A stretch of DNA of 64,000 nt from an uncultured Methanoregulaceae archaeon (lineage in GTDB: Archaea > Halobacteriota > Methanomicrobia > Methanomicrobiales > Methanospirillaceae): positions 1,216,001 to 1,280,000 of the forward strand of contig CAVTTL010000001.1 in the NCBI GenBank assembly GCA_963737635.1. The letters are read 5' to 3'. The stretch's first letter is position 1. The number at the start of each line of letters is the position of its first letter. The position numbers and the translations under genes were made by a program. The notes beneath the pieces are model-generated. The model did not search any database. It was not told the origin of the DNA and was given only the letters and a program-made list of their open reading frames with translations. This document shows positions 10,220 through 20,371 of this stretch, piece by piece.

Positions 10220-11251
10220 ATGGAATGCCCCGTGTGCGGTAGTGACTGCGTCCAATCGGCACCGGAGATAATCAGAGACCTTCATACAAGGTTCCTTCCC
10301 TGCCGGCGGTGCAGCATGCGGGTACTGGACAAACGTGCCCCTCTCTCTTCCCTTGAGTATACTCATCCCTGTTCCTGCGGGAAACGCTTCATCGATGACG
10401 TTTTCGCACACTTGTACGTGATCATGCGGGAAGAAGGCGATCTCACCCCCAACGACCCGCTTCTTTCGGTTGGGTCGCCGCTTATTCATCCCGGTATCGC
10501 AATGGACCGGCCCCCGTTTCTGCCGGTAAAATCCATGCTGTTGTTATCCGGACGAGTGCAGGAAAAAACCGCACGGCGGATTGTTGCCGAGGTTCCCGAG
10601 ATCCGGGGCGTTGTAAAAACCGGCGCTTACATCCCCGGGCTTGTCTCACTCGATCCCGTGGTGGTTCCGCGGACCTATACGATCCTTGCCGGCTGCGATG
10701 TCAGGGCCGATATCTACCCTCTTGCCACCGGGCCTCTTGTCATATACAAGCAGCAGTCCCTTATCCATGTGGAGTTTCCGCGCGCAGGGTATCCCAAGCT
10801 GCGGTCGGTTGCCGCTCGGGTGGGAACCCCACCGGTCCCCTTTTTTGTGGATGCCTGCTCGGGGCCGGGAACGTTGGGCCTTGCGGCTGCATGTTCCGGC
10901 GTCCCGCATGTAGTCCTTAACGACGCATGGTACGCATCTGCGTTCTGGTCAGCGTTTAACCTTGATATCAATAAGGTATATCTTGACATTGATGCGGTAC
11001 ACATCCTCAGAACTCTTGATGTCATGGCCCATCAACCGGTTGCCCGCGATCCGGTGAAAATTGCCGAAACTTCAGGCCGACAGGTTATCGAGGTTTATCA
11101 GGGAGATCTCCGGCAGCTGTATCGTGTTATCCCCCGGAATACCCCCCCATTAACTGCCCTGGATATTTTTGACAAGGAGAAGAAGGCAGAAATCTCACAT
11201 CTGATCAACGAGTGGCGCGTACGCATGGGTGGGGAAGCGTTTATCCCCTGA
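10220..11251 (+). CDS. Hypothetical protein with N-terminal Cys clusters and a SAM-binding (class I methyltransferase-like) motif
   Basis: CPVC, CRRC, CSCG at the N-terminus; FVDACSGPGTLGL followed by VVLND. Confidence 0.7.
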   Translation: MECPVCGSDCVQSAPEIIRDLHTRFLPCRRCSMRVLDKRAPLSSLEYTHPCSCGKRFIDDVFAHLYVIMREEGDLTPNDPLLSVGSPLIHPGIAMDRPPFLPVKSMLLLSGRVQEKTARRIVAEVPEIRGVVKTGAYIPGLVSLDPVVVPRTYTILAGCDVRADIYPLATGPLVIYKQQSLIHVEFPRAGYPKLRSVAARVGTPPVPFFVDACSGPGTLGLAAACSGVPHVVLNDAWYASAFWSAFNLDINKVYLDIDAVHILRTLDVMAHQPVARDPVKIAETSGRQVIEVYQGDLRQLYRVIPRNTPPLTALDIFDKEKKAEISHLINEWRVRMGGEAFIP

Positions 11252-11346
11252 ACCGCGTTCTGGGAGGCACCGTATTTGAGTTATATCCGAGGGAGATCCG
11301 GGTCTGAATATAACAAGGATTTATTGACCGGCAGACAAAGTTATAT

Positions 11347-11653
11347 GGGGACTAGCCCGGGTGGCTCGGCGTCACTTGTAACCCGAAACCGTCGGTACGC
11401 GGGGGGCGAAGTTTGACGAAGGCTGCAACGATCTGCTGGAGCCTGTGTATTCTGACGTTGAAACCTCGTCCCATGAGGTCGATGGCCGGGAATCAAAATT
11501 CCGGAGGGAATGGCGACCTGTTGCTGCGGGTACCGGTTCAGGCCCGGAAGGGAGCAGACTTACCGCAGACATCCGGCGCCCATGGGGTAACGGGGCGGAG
11601 GATGGGTACTTTGGTAAAAGCAGTAACGTACAGTCGACTGATAACACGTCCCC
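11347..11653 (+). ncRNA. ffs: Archaeal SRP (7S) RNA
   Basis: Terminal pairing GGGGAC/GTCCCC; Alu-domain TGTAACCCG; helix 6 ATTCC-GGAG-GGAAT; helix 8 CAGGCCCGGAAGGGAGCAG; TATA-like TTTATT about 25 nt upstream. Confidence 0.93.
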
Positions 11654-11668
11654 ACTTCTTGTGATACC

Positions 11669-12664
11669 ATGGCTAAAGTCACCATTATAGGTGCAACCGG
11701 CAATGTCGGTATGTTCGCTGCTTATGCAATTTCTGTCGATCCTCATGTCCATGAGATCCTGTTGTACGGCCGTGAAGGGCGTGAGGCTTTTTTAAAAGGG
11801 ATTGCCCAGGATTTTGCTGATTCCTTTGCAGCCCGGGGGACAAATATCAAGGTCACCTGTACAACCAATCTTAAGGATGTTGCTGGTTCGGATATTGTCG
11901 TCATAACAGCGGGCACTCCTCGCGGACCGGGCCAGGATCGTCTTGATTTGGCTCTCGGGAATGCGCGGGTCATCGCTCCGATTGCCCGGACTATCGGTAC
12001 GGTTGCACCGGATACCAAGATTATCATGGTCACAAATCCTGTCGACGTGATGACCTGTGTTGCCCTGAAATATTCCGGGCTCAAGCCAAACCAGGTCTTT
12101 GGCCTTGGCACCCATCTCGACTCGATGCGGTTAAAATCGCTGATCGCGACCTATTTCAAAGTACACGTCAGCGAGGTACACACCCGTATTATCGGCGAAC
12201 ATGGGGAGAGCATGGTGCCGCTCTGGTCTGCAACCACCATAGGTGGGATCAAGATTTCCAACCTGCCAGCGTTTGCACACCTCCCTGTACAGGACTTCAT
12301 CAATTCGGTGAAATCCAGCGGCGAGCAGATCATCAAAAACAAGGGATCGACAGTCTACGGTCCCGGCGAGGCAATCGCAACGCTGGTGAAAACAGTTCTC
12401 GGCGATGAAAACCGGATCCTTACGGTATCCTCATACGTGAAAAGTGAAGTCCACGGAATCGGCGGGGTCTGTATTGGCGTACCTGCCCGGATCAACCGGA
12501 ACGGCGCGTTCCCGGTTACCATAACGATCGACGAATCCGAGGTCATTGCCTACCGGGAATCCGTTGAGAAGATCCGCGCAACAATCCACCAGATCGTCGG
12601 TCAGCTCGGGAACGAAAAAGATCTTGATGCAGCCCCAAAAAAGGGCCGAAAAACCCGCGTGTAA
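11669..12664 (+). CDS. mdh: Malate/lactate dehydrogenase family protein
   Basis: IIGATGNVG, VITAG, VTNPVD, LDSMRL, IGEHGE. Confidence 0.88.
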   Translation: MAKVTIIGATGNVGMFAAYAISVDPHVHEILLYGREGREAFLKGIAQDFADSFAARGTNIKVTCTTNLKDVAGSDIVVITAGTPRGPGQDRLDLALGNARVIAPIARTIGTVAPDTKIIMVTNPVDVMTCVALKYSGLKPNQVFGLGTHLDSMRLKSLIATYFKVHVSEVHTRIIGEHGESMVPLWSATTIGGIKISNLPAFAHLPVQDFINSVKSSGEQIIKNKGSTVYGPGEAIATLVKTVLGDENRILTVSSYVKSEVHGIGGVCIGVPARINRNGAFPVTITIDESEVIAYRESVEKIRATIHQIVGQLGNEKDLDAAPKKGRKTRV

Positions 12665-12721
12665 AATCGTTTCCGAAAGATCTGCCGGATAATAAAAAGC
12701 GGGAATAAGGATAGAAAAAAT

Positions 12722-12979
12722 CTACGTGAGTGTCACTTCAATAATCTCTGCCCGCTCGACACCGGGGATGGTATTCAGTTTCCCCTCGATAGCATCTGTC
12801 TCGCCACCGGCATCGTTGACAATCACTGCAAGCTTAAGTGCTTTGAGCCCAAAGCCGATCGGCTCTTCTTTGATATCCTGAATGCCAGGCAGTTTCTCTT
12901 TGAGCGCGATTTTAAGTTTTCCCAGGTCGATTTCCGGTGATTCCGGCATGACCCTGATAATCACGGCAACGCTTCCCAT
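12722..12979 (-). CDS. ef1b: Elongation factor 1-beta
   Basis: VMPESPEID, EEPIGFGLKAL. Confidence 0.95.
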   Translation of the reverse strand: MGSVAVIIRVMPESPEIDLGKLKIALKEKLPGIQDIKEEPIGFGLKALKLAVIVNDAGGETDAIEGKLNTIPGVERAEIIEVTLT

Positions 12980-12982
12980 GCC

Positions 12983-13144
12983 TCACGGTCCCCCGAATCC
13001 GCATTTCGGGCAGATGTAAGGAATACTCTGTTCCCTGCACCGGTAACACCGGGTGATCTCGACACCACACGCTGGGCACGCAAAGACGGTTGAGCCCTCT
13101 TCTGCAAGCGGGGCGCTGCAGGATGTACATTTTTTATCTGTCAT
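12983..13144 (-). CDS. Small zinc-finger protein (DUF1610/HVO_2753 family)
   Basis: Read by hand, 53 aa: MTDKKCTSC...FACPACG..ITRCYRCREQSIPYICPKCGFGGP; usual position upstream of ef1b. Confidence 0.9.
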   Translation of the reverse strand: MTDKKCTSCSAPLAEEGSTVFACPACGVEITRCYRCREQSIPYICPKCGFGGP

Positions 13145-13189
13145 TCTCTCGCTCCTGTAAGGATTCCTATAGTATCTCTTTTAGTACCT

Positions 13190-13822
13190 TTAAAAGGTTG
13201 TACCAATGACGGTGCCGCGAACGGGCAGTCCTTCCAGCCACCGGCTGATTCCGCGTGTGTCGGTTCCATTGAGGATAAACGTTCTGATCCGGTGTTCAAG
13301 CACATAAGGAATAAAGAAAGGATCGAGGATATCAGTGGCCACGGTGTTGTCTACACGGGTCACCAGCTTCCCCTTATGAGTGATGCCATCTACGGATTTG
13401 AGCACCAAAAGATCGCCACCGACCTTACTGGCTACCCATGCTGCGATGGTATCGGACGTGACATCCCATGAATGGGGCAGGGGATCGTAGCGGCGCATGG
13501 CACAATAGGGAAGGATGACACACGTCTGTCCCGGGCGCGCAACCCTCGTCGTCGTTTTCATACCCAGCGCAGCGAGTGTCCACCCATACTGGTCCATGGC
13601 AGCACACGCCATCCAGTGGGCTGCGTCAGGGTCAGTGCGAGGCCCGGAATGTCGTACCACGTCGGCGAATGTCCCTCCCCCGGGTACGATTAAGAGGGGG
13701 CGGGCAGCAGAGCGAAGAACCGGGATGATCTCGGGACTGTGGGTTGCAAGGCTGCCTCCTAGTTTCACAACCGTGACAGGGGCTCCTTCTGTATTCTTGC
13801 CGCAGTGCTTTTGCCCTCTCAT
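13190..13822 (-). CDS. Amino-acid-kinase family protein, MfnE-like (methanofuran pathway kinase)
   Basis: VVKLGGSL, VPGGGTFAD, HWMA, LPHSWDVTSDTIAAW, LKSVDG. Confidence 0.8.
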   Translation of the reverse strand: MRGQKHCGKNTEGAPVTVVKLGGSLATHSPEIIPVLRSAARPLLIVPGGGTFADVVRHSGPRTDPDAAHWMACAAMDQYGWTLAALGMKTTTRVARPGQTCVILPYCAMRRYDPLPHSWDVTSDTIAAWVASKVGGDLLVLKSVDGITHKGKLVTRVDNTVATDILDPFFIPYVLEHRIRTFILNGTDTRGISRWLEGLPVRGTVIGTTF

Positions 13823-13991
13823 CTTCCAAGCATTCTTCCCCCTTATTATATAAAGGGCGGATATAACGCTTTTCTACCTCGCTCTTCTAAGGAAAGTCAG
13901 GTATCAATGGAGCACTCTGGCTGGCAGGAATTCACAATAAAAACAGAAAACAAGCGATCAGAACTGGCGATTTGCGGGAATTCGGGATTTT

Positions 13992-14300
13992 TTAGAATTT
14001 TTTGAGTGCACACTGGCAGACATCACAGAGATTGATGTCACTTTCTCCGGTTATTACTGCAAGTGCCCAGCGATCAATTATCGCATCGAGTTCGGAGGAC
14101 AGTTCAATTGCTCCGTATCCTCTTTTTCTGCTCATGTACTGGGATACCGCTGCGCGGGTGACGCCCAGTCTCTTGGCTGCATCGCTCTGGCTGAGGCCCT
14201 GGTTGTTGACAAGCCGGGAGACCATCTCCGCTCTCATTGGCGGCAGGAGGTTCCGTACCATGGTGTCGCAGTGCATGAGCGTGCAGGTGTGCTTTGTCAT
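13992..14300 (-). CDS. HTH (XRE-like) transcriptional regulator with C-terminal CxxC
   Basis: GLSQSDAAKRLGVTRAAVSQYMSRKRG; CDVC. Confidence 0.85.
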   Translation of the reverse strand: MTKHTCTLMHCDTMVRNLLPPMRAEMVSRLVNNQGLSQSDAAKRLGVTRAAVSQYMSRKRGYGAIELSSELDAIIDRWALAVITGESDINLCDVCQCALKKF

Positions 14301-14542
14301 ACGAGCGCCGGTTGAGATTCAGGGGAGATAATTGGCCTGTTCTGGTAGATAATCTGCCGCGCATCCCGGAAGTTGAACTTCTCGATTATGAGGTGGCGCT
14401 CTTTGAGTTTCTTCAATGCATACCGTACGGTCCGCGGGGCGAGCCGGCTTTTTTTAACCAGATCCTTGTGGGTCATGGCTCCACCGCTACCGAGTATCTC
14501 CAGTACCGTCCGTGAGGATGGTGGTAAGGGTTGCTGATACAT
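14297..14542 (-). CDS. Winged-helix HTH protein
   Basis: LPPSSRTVL..., MTHKDL...LAPRTVRYALKKL, DARQIIY; stop overlaps the next start. Confidence 0.85.
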   Translation of the reverse strand: MYQQPLPPSSRTVLEILGSGGAMTHKDLVKKSRLAPRTVRYALKKLKERHLIIEKFNFRDARQIIYQNRPIISPESQPALV

Positions 14543-14549
14543 GATAGAA

Positions 14550-14568
14550 ATGTTAACAGTGTTAACAT
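14550..14568. promoter_or_regulatory. Palindromic operator candidate ATGTTAACA-G-TGTTAACAT
   Basis: Perfect 9-bp inverted repeat 8 nt upstream of the wHTH start codon. Confidence 0.55.
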
Positions 14569-14745
14569 ATCAACTTGTCGGTGACCGTCCCGGTTTGTGA
14601 TTTTACGTAGATCGCCGAGGCCAGTCAGTAATTCAGGCATCACGGTGGAAAAAATAACTCTCCTCAGGCCCACCGTAAGCTAGAGGGGAAAATTAACATT
14701 GTGACCGGGCTTGGACACAAAGGGGGAGGTTATCCCCCATGAAAC

Positions 14746-15576
14746 CTATTTCAGGATCTCCAACGTTGCCGGGAAATTCCTGACAGTATGAGTGAGTGCC
14801 CCAAGACTGATCAGATCGGCACCGGTCCGCGCATAATCCCTGATGGTCCGTGCCGTAATACCACCAGAAAGTTCGATAGTAACCCGGTCCCGGAGACCGG
14901 CCTTTTCAAGATCCTTGATGGTCTTTTGGACGTCGTCCGGGGTCATGTTATCGAAGAGCAGGATATCGGCACCCACCTGTGCAGCCACAAGTGCATCGTT
15001 GGCCGTCTCCACTTCGATCTCGATCTTCCGGTAAGAACTTGCTGCCTTAGCCCGTCTGATCGCTTCGCTCACCGGCACGAGAACGAGGTGGTTATCCTTG
15101 ATAAGCACGCCGTCGCTCAGACCGGACCGGTGGGGATCGCCTCCCCCGAGTGTGACTGCTTTTTTATCCAACCGCCGCAGGCCCGGGCAGGTCTTTCGCG
15201 TTCCTGCCACGTGACAGCAGGGATTTTCGGCGTGTACCAGATCCCTCATTTTTCTTGTCTGGGTAGCAATTCCGCTCATCCTGCCGATGATATTAAGCGC
15301 AGTGCGTTCCACAAGCAGGATATTCTTTGCCGGGCCAGAGAGCGAGAGAATGATATCCCCGATCTTTACGACATCCCCGTCAGCGAGCTCCTGTTTTACG
15401 TCAACAGTGAAATGCGAAAAAAGGGCCCCGGCTTCCGCAAGGCCGGCAACGATACCGTCTTCCTCGGCCCGGATGACCGCCCGGCAGCATATCCCGGGAA
15501 TAATGGATTCCGAAGTCACATCACCGGACGGTGCATCCTCATCGATGAACTTCAACAGATATTCCAGCGGCACCAT
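14746..15576 (-). CDS. nadC: Nicotinate-nucleotide pyrophosphorylase (quinolinate phosphoribosyltransferase)
   Basis: EDAPSGDVT, ERTALN, TRKT, LIKDNH, EIEVE, LFDN, SGGI. Confidence 0.96.
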   Translation of the reverse strand: MVPLEYLLKFIDEDAPSGDVTSESIIPGICCRAVIRAEEDGIVAGLAEAGALFSHFTVDVKQELADGDVVKIGDIILSLSGPAKNILLVERTALNIIGRMSGIATQTRKMRDLVHAENPCCHVAGTRKTCPGLRRLDKKAVTLGGGDPHRSGLSDGVLIKDNHLVLVPVSEAIRRAKAASSYRKIEIEVETANDALVAAQVGADILLFDNMTPDDVQKTIKDLEKAGLRDRVTIELSGGITARTIRDYARTGADLISLGALTHTVRNFPATLEILK

Positions 15577-15594
15577 ACTATTGTCCCTCACACT

Positions 15595-16354
15595 TCATGT
15601 CCCGATAACAAGCGGGCTGTCGAGATTTTTTAAGAGTGACAGGATGGAAAGCGCTGCAAGATAACTCGTCAGCCGGGTTCTCGGGGCTGGGAAGATTGGT
15701 CACCCGGATATAGGTCTCGCCGAAATCGCCTTCGATAAAGAGTTCGTGGGTATTTTTGTCCGCTGCGGGATCTACCCAGAGTTCCACGTCCGCATCCTGA
15801 CCTGCGGCAAGGCCCATGGCAACAGCGACGTTCACATTCTTGGGATACGATTTGATACATTCGTGCGCTTTACCGGAGAAGATCTGCTGTCTTGTGGTTG
15901 CGGCAAGGCCCAGCGACTGCGGGCTTTTGGTGGTTTTCAAGAGCAATTTCGTTACTGGGGAGATCTGCCCGATCTTCAGGTTGTCCAGCCCGAATATTGC
16001 CCCGCTTGGGACATAGATCTTTGTCCCGGTTTTTCGAGCGATAGCTACGAGGTGGCCCCGGAAGACCGGATCGGTGAGCGCTCCGACGCTCATTATCACG
16101 AGGTTCTTCTTGTGCAGGAGGATCTCCTGTGCATGCGCCCGTGCCGCGCCAACTGACGCTGCCTCGACAACAATATCGATATCCGCATTAAGGAACGCCC
16201 CAAAATCGTTGTATGCCTCTCCATGGCAGATGCCGGCAATCTCCCCGGCTCGCTCGGGAATGGAATCATAGACTGCCGGGATCGTAAAACCTTCTGCATG
16301 CCGGGCGATGATATGCCCGATGTTGCCGCAGCCCAGCAATCCTATCCGTATCAT
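15595..16354 (-). CDS. nadX: L-aspartate dehydrogenase; apparent frameshift near 15672
   Basis: IGLLGCGNIG, VVEAAS, SVGAL, PSGAI, YPKNVNVA; the conserved NPxTSYLAALS end resumes in another frame. Confidence 0.9.
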
Positions 16355-16478
16355 GGTAAACACATTATGGTTGTCATGGATTAATGATTATCCTCAGGAA
16401 CACACCCGAAGAAAAATGGCTTTATTCGCAAAAAAACGACTTTTAACTGCTCCGGGCCAAAAAAGATATGGAGAAATA

Positions 16479-17753
16479 ATGGAACCGAGCCGATCCGGTG
16501 ATCCCAGCCATGATCCGGTAGCCGTATTTGCTGCGCTTGCAAAAAAACGGGTCTATATCGAGACATACGGGTGCCGCTTTAATTTTGGTGACACGGCAAA
16601 TCTCGTAGAAGTGCTCAGACAGTACGGAAGTACCTTTGTCGCATCACCGGACGATGCAGATGCGGTCGTTGTCAATACCTGCACGGTTGTCGGCCCTACC
16701 GAGCGCCGGATGCTCAGGCGGCTTATCGCATTGCGGGAAAAACCGCTCTTTGTCACCGGATGCATGCCCCTTGTCCAGCGGGAGGCGATCCTTGCGGTCT
16801 GTTCGCCGGTGATCATTCTTCCGGATGAGATCCGCGAAGCGTACCGGTCTGTACTGACTGTTACGCCGGGAAGTGTGGGAATCGTCCAGATCGCGCAAGG
16901 CTGCCTCGGGCGATGCACGTACTGCATTACGCGCATGGCGCGGGGGACGCTTGCAAGTTTTCCCGAGGACGAGATCCGTGAAAAAATACAGGCATTCACC
17001 AAGACAGGTACCTACGAGGTCCAGCTGACCGCTCAGGATGTTAGCGCATGGGGGCGGGATACAGGGCAATCGCTGCCTGACCTTCTTTATGGCCTTTGTG
17101 ACCTCCAGGGAAACTACTGTATCCGCGTCGGGATGATGAACCCGGCGACTGTACGCGGCATCCTTGACGAACTGGTGAATGCTTTTGACAGCGACCGGCT
17201 CTTCAGATTCGTACACCTGCCGGTGCAGTCGGGCTCAGATCGTATTCTCGAACAGATGGGACGGGATTACACGGTGCGGGAGTTTGAAGAGATAGTATCT
17301 GCTTTTCGCAGGAGATACCCCGGGATTACTATCGCAACCGACGTCATCGTCGGGTTTCCCGGAGAAACTGACGACGATTTTTCCCGATCTCTTGCCCTCA
17401 TTGGGCGGATAAAACCTGCCAAAGTCAATGTTACACGGTACTCATCTCGGCCGTTCACCGGGCCGTTTGCTGAAAAAGACTTCCCGGACGCGGTAAAAAA
17501 AGACCGCTCCCGGCTCCTCAGTGCATTCGCTGAAGAACAATATTCAACGCTCAACCGTCCGCTCCTTGGGACGACTGTTTCCTGCGTTGTTACTGAGAAA
17601 CTCCGCCCCGGCTCGGTCATGGCAAGGACCGCCTCCTACCAGGGTGTGGCCGTCAGAGAAGATCTACCGGTTGGGACTCCGGTAAAGGTCTATCTTAAAA
17701 AAGACCGGAAATATTTTTTTATAGGGGATCTCGTTTCCATCGTTCCGCCATGA
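16479..17753 (+). CDS. Radical-SAM tRNA methylthiotransferase (archaeal e-MtaB type) with TRAM domain
   Basis: IETYGC, VNTCTV, TGC, GCLGRCTYC, HLPVQSGS, IVGFPGET. Confidence 0.92.
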   Translation: MEPSRSGDPSHDPVAVFAALAKKRVYIETYGCRFNFGDTANLVEVLRQYGSTFVASPDDADAVVVNTCTVVGPTERRMLRRLIALREKPLFVTGCMPLVQREAILAVCSPVIILPDEIREAYRSVLTVTPGSVGIVQIAQGCLGRCTYCITRMARGTLASFPEDEIREKIQAFTKTGTYEVQLTAQDVSAWGRDTGQSLPDLLYGLCDLQGNYCIRVGMMNPATVRGILDELVNAFDSDRLFRFVHLPVQSGSDRILEQMGRDYTVREFEEIVSAFRRRYPGITIATDVIVGFPGETDDDFSRSLALIGRIKPAKVNVTRYSSRPFTGPFAEKDFPDAVKKDRSRLLSAFAEEQYSTLNRPLLGTTVSCVVTEKLRPGSVMARTASYQGVAVREDLPVGTPVKVYLKKDRKYFFIGDLVSIVPP

Positions 17754-17837
17754 GTGTAACGGCCGGAACGAGTGATTTTATAGCCGGAACATAAACTATT
17801 CTTGTTTTGCGCCGGATGGCGGATAACGGTGATACCT

Positions 17838-18374
17838 ATGGATGAGATCGAAGCCGGGTTTAAAAAGATCATGGAAAAGATTGACGATATGAAAAAAACG
17901 GAGGCCCGGTTATCGGAAGAGGTAAAGACCCATGATGGTGAACTTCTGGGGCGCATGGCAGCTATGGCAAAACCGGTAGTGAAATCGGTCGGCCTCAACC
18001 TGCTCAAGATCGGAAAGCAGGACACCAAAAATGAGCTCTACGATGCGAATTACTACACGGAGAAGATGATCATCCTCGGGAAAAGTGATCCGGCCCCGTT
18101 CCGCCCTGACGACCCGGCAAAAAAGATCACCGACCAGTTCTGTGTCCTCACGGAAAGGGGCAAACTGTTTGAATTGATGTACAGTTCAGACGGTTTTATC
18201 ACGGACTCCTACCTCAACCCCATCGATCCCAAATCCGCGATAGAAGGCTATGGGTACGATGTCATGTTCATGTTGTTCCAAGGAATGCATGACTACATGA
18301 AATCGGAGCAGGATCTTATATCGGCACTTGAAAAAGTAATCGGGTTTATCTTTGCGACGAATTGTAAGGCATGA
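17838..18374 (+). CDS. Hypothetical protein
   Basis: 178-aa ORF with typical codon usage; N-terminal coiled-coil-like segment. Confidence 0.7.
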   Translation: MDEIEAGFKKIMEKIDDMKKTEARLSEEVKTHDGELLGRMAAMAKPVVKSVGLNLLKIGKQDTKNELYDANYYTEKMIILGKSDPAPFRPDDPAKKITDQFCVLTERGKLFELMYSSDGFITDSYLNPIDPKSAIEGYGYDVMFMLFQGMHDYMKSEQDLISALEKVIGFIFATNCKA

Positions 18375-18398
18375 CGGTGATATTTCAAAACAAGAGTA

Positions 18399-18472
18399 TG
18401 GGCCCGATGCGATTCGAACGCATGACCTCCCGGTTATCAGCCGGGCGCACCACCGGGCTATGCTACGGGCCC
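18399..18472 (-). tRNA. tRNA-Ile(GAT)
   Basis: GGGCCCG/CGGGCCC acceptor; CCCGG CT GAT AA CCGGG; GTTCGAATC. Confidence 0.96.
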
Positions 18473-18598
18473 CGGAGGATTACCTGAAATTTACCTTATT
18501 AGTTATTCCACCAGAGTTTTTATAGGTTGTGAATGCCCGGGCAGACAGGATAATGCTATAGGGCTCCGTATCAAAAATACCTGTACGGATTTGGGATC

Positions 18599-20371
18599 AT
18601 GGAACGACACTATCTCCTCGGAAATGAAGCTATCGCCCACGCATGTCTTGAATCGGGCATCGGTTTTGTAAGCGGGTACCCTGGCACCCCATCATCGGAG
18701 GTGATCGATGTGTTGCGTGTACAAAGGGATCCAGCGTATCATGTAGAATGGTCGGTAAATGAGAAAGTCGCCCTCGAAAACGCCCTTGCTGCTGCATGGT
18801 GCGGGATTCGGGCGATCTGCACCATGAAACATGTCGGTCTCAATGTCGCTGCAGACCCACTGATGACGAGCGCTTACACCGGGGTGACAGGAGGTCTTGT
18901 GGTCATGAGTGCGGACGATCCGTTCGCCCACAGTTCCCAGAACGAACAGGATAGCCGGTGCTATGCCCATTTCGCCTGTCTTCCCTGCCTCGATCCCTCC
19001 GGGGTTCAGGAGGCTCACGACATGGTTGCCACGGCATTTGAAATCTCCGAGGAATTCAGGCTGCCAGTGCTGTTCCGCCCCACGACCCGGATATGCCATT
19101 CTAAAGGCGATATTGAACTCGGGACGGTTGTCAGGAACACTAAGACCGGGGAATTTCACAAGGATCCAAAACAATATGTCGTAATCCCAGCCCATACCCG
19201 GATCCTCCACAAAAAACTCAACGAGAAGCAACCTGCCCTCAAAAAGCGTCTGGTGGAGAGGGGGCTCAACCATTATACCCTCGGGGGAAAGACTGCCATT
19301 ATCGCAAGCGGTATCGGTGTATCTTATGTGCAGGAACTCCTGCCACCGGGCGTCTCGTTCATGAAGATAGGGGCGTACCCGGTGGACGAAGAATGGCTCG
19401 GGAAATTTGCACAACAGCATGAAAAGATACTGGTGATCGAAGAACTCGCACCAGTAGTCGAGGAAGCCGTGAGGCAGGTTGCCGGGTGCGTGCCAGTGTT
19501 TGGTAAGATCAACGGGTACGCCCCGTACGAAGGGGAACTTTCCCCGGCCGTTGTTGCGCTCATCATGACTAAATCTGGCTTCCTTGAGAAGAACCCTTTT
19601 ACAGCACATGAGCCCTTCCAGAATCTCCCCCAGCGCCCACCTATCCTCTGCGCAGGCTGCCATCACCGGGCTGCATTCTATGCCATGAAAAAAGTGTTTG
19701 GGGAGTCCGCGATCTATCCCAGTGACATCGGGTGCTACACGCTGGGACTTCAGCTCGGCGCCGTGGATACCACCATCTGCATGGGTGCCTCAATAACCAT
19801 CGGCAGCGGTATTGCAAATTGCGGCGAATCCCGGGATGTAGTCTGCTCTATTGGCGACTCGACCTTCCTTCATACCGGTATTCAGGGACTGATGAATGCG
19901 GTATACAACGGTGCGAATATGACTGTGGTCATTCTGGATAACCGGATCACGGCAATGACCGGCCACCAGCCCAACCCTAACACCGGGATAACGGCGGATG
20001 GTGTCGAGACACCTCCGGTCTCTCTTGATGCAGTCTGCCGCTCCTGCGGAGTGACATTTGTGGAAACGGTCGATCCCTATGATATGACCGGTATGCTCCG
20101 GGTGCTGGAGGCTGCAAAAGCAAAGAAGGGTGTCAAGGTTATCATCGCAAAGCAGATGTGCGTCATCGTGGCCCGCCGTGCAGGGGTAAAGCGGGGCGTT
20201 TATATGGTAAACTTTGAGACCTGTACCGGCTGCGGTACCTGTGTCCGGTTTGGCTGTCCCGCAATCGAGCTCGTTGACAAGAAAGCCCGTATCACTGAGC
20301 TGTGCAGTGGATGTGCGGTCTGCGCCCGGATCTGTCCGGTGGGTGCGGTATCCCGGGAGGCAAAGGAATGA
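18599..20371 (+). CDS. iorA: Indolepyruvate:ferredoxin oxidoreductase alpha subunit
   Basis: LLGNEAIA, YPGTPSSE, MKHVGLNVAADP, SSQNEQD, CAGC, DIGCY, GDSTF, C-terminal 2x[4Fe-4S] motifs. Confidence 0.96.
   Translation: MERHYLLGNEAIAHACLESGIGFVSGYPGTPSSEVIDVLRVQRDPAYHVEWSVNEKVALENALAAAWCGIRAICTMKHVGLNVAADPLMTSAYTGVTGGLVVMSADDPFAHSSQNEQDSRCYAHFACLPCLDPSGVQEAHDMVATAFEISEEFRLPVLFRPTTRICHSKGDIELGTVVRNTKTGEFHKDPKQYVVIPAHTRILHKKLNEKQPALKKRLVERGLNHYTLGGKTAIIASGIGVSYVQELLPPGVSFMKIGAYPVDEEWLGKFAQQHEKILVIEELAPVVEEAVRQVAGCVPVFGKINGYAPYEGELSPAVVALIMTKSGFLEKNPFTAHEPFQNLPQRPPILCAGCHHRAAFYAMKKVFGESAIYPSDIGCYTLGLQLGAVDTTICMGASITIGSGIANCGESRDVVCSIGDSTFLHTGIQGLMNAVYNGANMTVVILDNRITAMTGHQPNPNTGITADGVETPPVSLDAVCRSCGVTFVETVDPYDMTGMLRVLEAAKAKKGVKVIIAKQMCVIVARRAGVKRGVYMVNFETCTGCGTCVRFGCPAIELVDKKARITELCSGCAVCARICPVGAVSREAKE

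Noticed and set aside
11489-11502. NrpR operator-like GGAA-N6-TTCC
   Set aside because: It lies inside the SRP RNA, not in a promoter.
10066-18428. Shared ~22-nt sequence GGTCATGCGTTCGAATCGCATC as att sites of an integrated element
   Set aside because: Both copies are T-arms of complete paralogous Ile tRNAs in opposite orientation, and there is no integrase.
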